DNA of 14,936 bases, from contig DAOVET010000059.1 of NCBI GenBank assembly GCA_030668825.1, forward strand, positions 1-14,936, given 5' to 3'. The notes under the pieces were generated by a model. It ran no database searches and had not been told where the DNA came from. It saw only the letters and a program-made list of their open reading frames with translations. This stretch comes from Candidatus Heimdallarchaeota archaeon. GTDB taxonomy: Archaea > Asgardarchaeota > Heimdallarchaeia > Heimdallarchaeales > Heimdallarchaeaceae. The translations under genes and the position numbers were made by a program. Shown in pieces: positions 14,185 through 14,936 of this stretch (within the stretch, counting starts at the first letter, position 1; each line of letters opens with the position of its first letter).

Positions 14185-14934
14185 CTAAATTGAGAGCTTC
14201 CTTGGGTTGAGATAGAGATTTGTTTCACTATCATCAAGTTTTACTTCAGTGTCTGAAATTTTCAATTCTTTAAGTGACTTCTTAATGTTCTTTTTTATAT
14301 TCCTATAGAATCTAAGAGTTGAACTGAATAGTATTAATATATTAAAGAAAGTTTTATCTTTAGCTAATTTCTCTTCGAAAATATCGATTTTAAATCTTCC
14401 ACCAATATTCAAAAACTTTCCATTTATTTTTGCTATAACTTTGTTGTGGATGTTTTTGATTACCCAATCAGATCCAAATTTAAGTCTTTTATCGTCAATG
14501 ACAAATGACCGGAATACATCGTTTTCATCTAAATAACTGAAACCAAAGATTTGACCTTGAAAACGTGGAAAATGAGATAGCCTTCGAATTCTATACAAGT
14601 TACGTGTATGCTTGAAAATACAAACATAAGCTGGACATGGTTCTTTAGTAGCATGAGAATTAGCAAAACTCTCACCTTGTAATCTTTCAATGCTCGCTCG
14701 CCAATAACCACTTGGAGAAAAGAGTTTCATAACAAATCTTCTCTCGAGAGGATCTTTTCCTTTCCAAAGACCTTCCCTGATTGCAAGCAGACCATAATCT
14801 TTTCCATCAACTTTTACAGTTCCAATTGCATCCATATCTCTAGTCCATTGCCTATCTTTTTGAGCTCTTTGAGCATCTAGTCTGATACCCCACTCTTCTT
14901 TATGCATTTTTGTGCGCCATAAATCTACATCGAT
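14185..14934 (-). CDS. Hypothetical protein with a Tubby C-terminal-like (LURP-one/scramblase) beta-barrel; probably 5'-truncated
   Basis: The frame stays open to the window edge (IDVDLWRTK-MHKEEW). The protein is beta-strand-rich and ends DWVIKNIHNKVIAKINGKFLNIGGRFKIDI...TFFNILILFSSTL, i.e. final barrel strands plus the hydrophobic central helix typical of this fold. Confidence 0.6.
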   Translation of the reverse strand: MDVDLWRTKMHKEEWGIRLDAQRAQKDRQWTRDMDAIGTVKVDGKDYGLLAIREGLWKGKDPLERRFVMKLFSPSGYWRASIERLQGESFANSHATKEPCPAYVCIFKHTRNLYRIRRLSHFPRFQGQIFGFSYLDENDVFRSFVIDDKRLKFGSDWVIKNIHNKVIAKINGKFLNIGGRFKIDIFEEKLAKDKTFFNILILFSSTLRFYRNIKKNIKKSLKELKISDTEVKLDDSETNLYLNPRKLSI

Positions 14935-14936
14935 AT

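Noticed and set aside
11726-14711. Short ORFs 11726-11923 (+) and 14529-14711 (-)
   Set aside because: They are nested in bax1 and in the Tubby-like gene, with no independent evidence.

Overview
AT-rich, gene-dense archaeal chromosomal segment. An archaeal TBP, an xpb-bax1 pair, TATA-type promoters and several orphan TPR or longin-like proteins suggest an Asgard/Heimdallarchaeia-like genome; this taxonomy is an inference. Left to right: the 3' part of hisS, two convergent TPR proteins, a 585-aa orphan with a putative membrane-targeting helix and longin-like domain(s), a secernin-like C69 Ntn-hydrolase, an M20 peptidase, a 2-TM membrane protein, tbp, an MTAP/MTIP-family phosphorylase, bax1 (DUF790), xpb helicase, and a 5'-truncated Tubby/LURP-one-like gene. 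The ORF track misses two intergenic signals. (i) A well-formed ~71-nt box C/D-type double kink-turn RNA at 5251-5321 (+) has its own BRE/TATA and two mutually complementary guide segments. (ii) A remnant of a Cys/Met-metabolism PLP enzyme gene lies at 9197-9336 (+). No mobile element, CRISPR array, tRNA or rRNA was seen.
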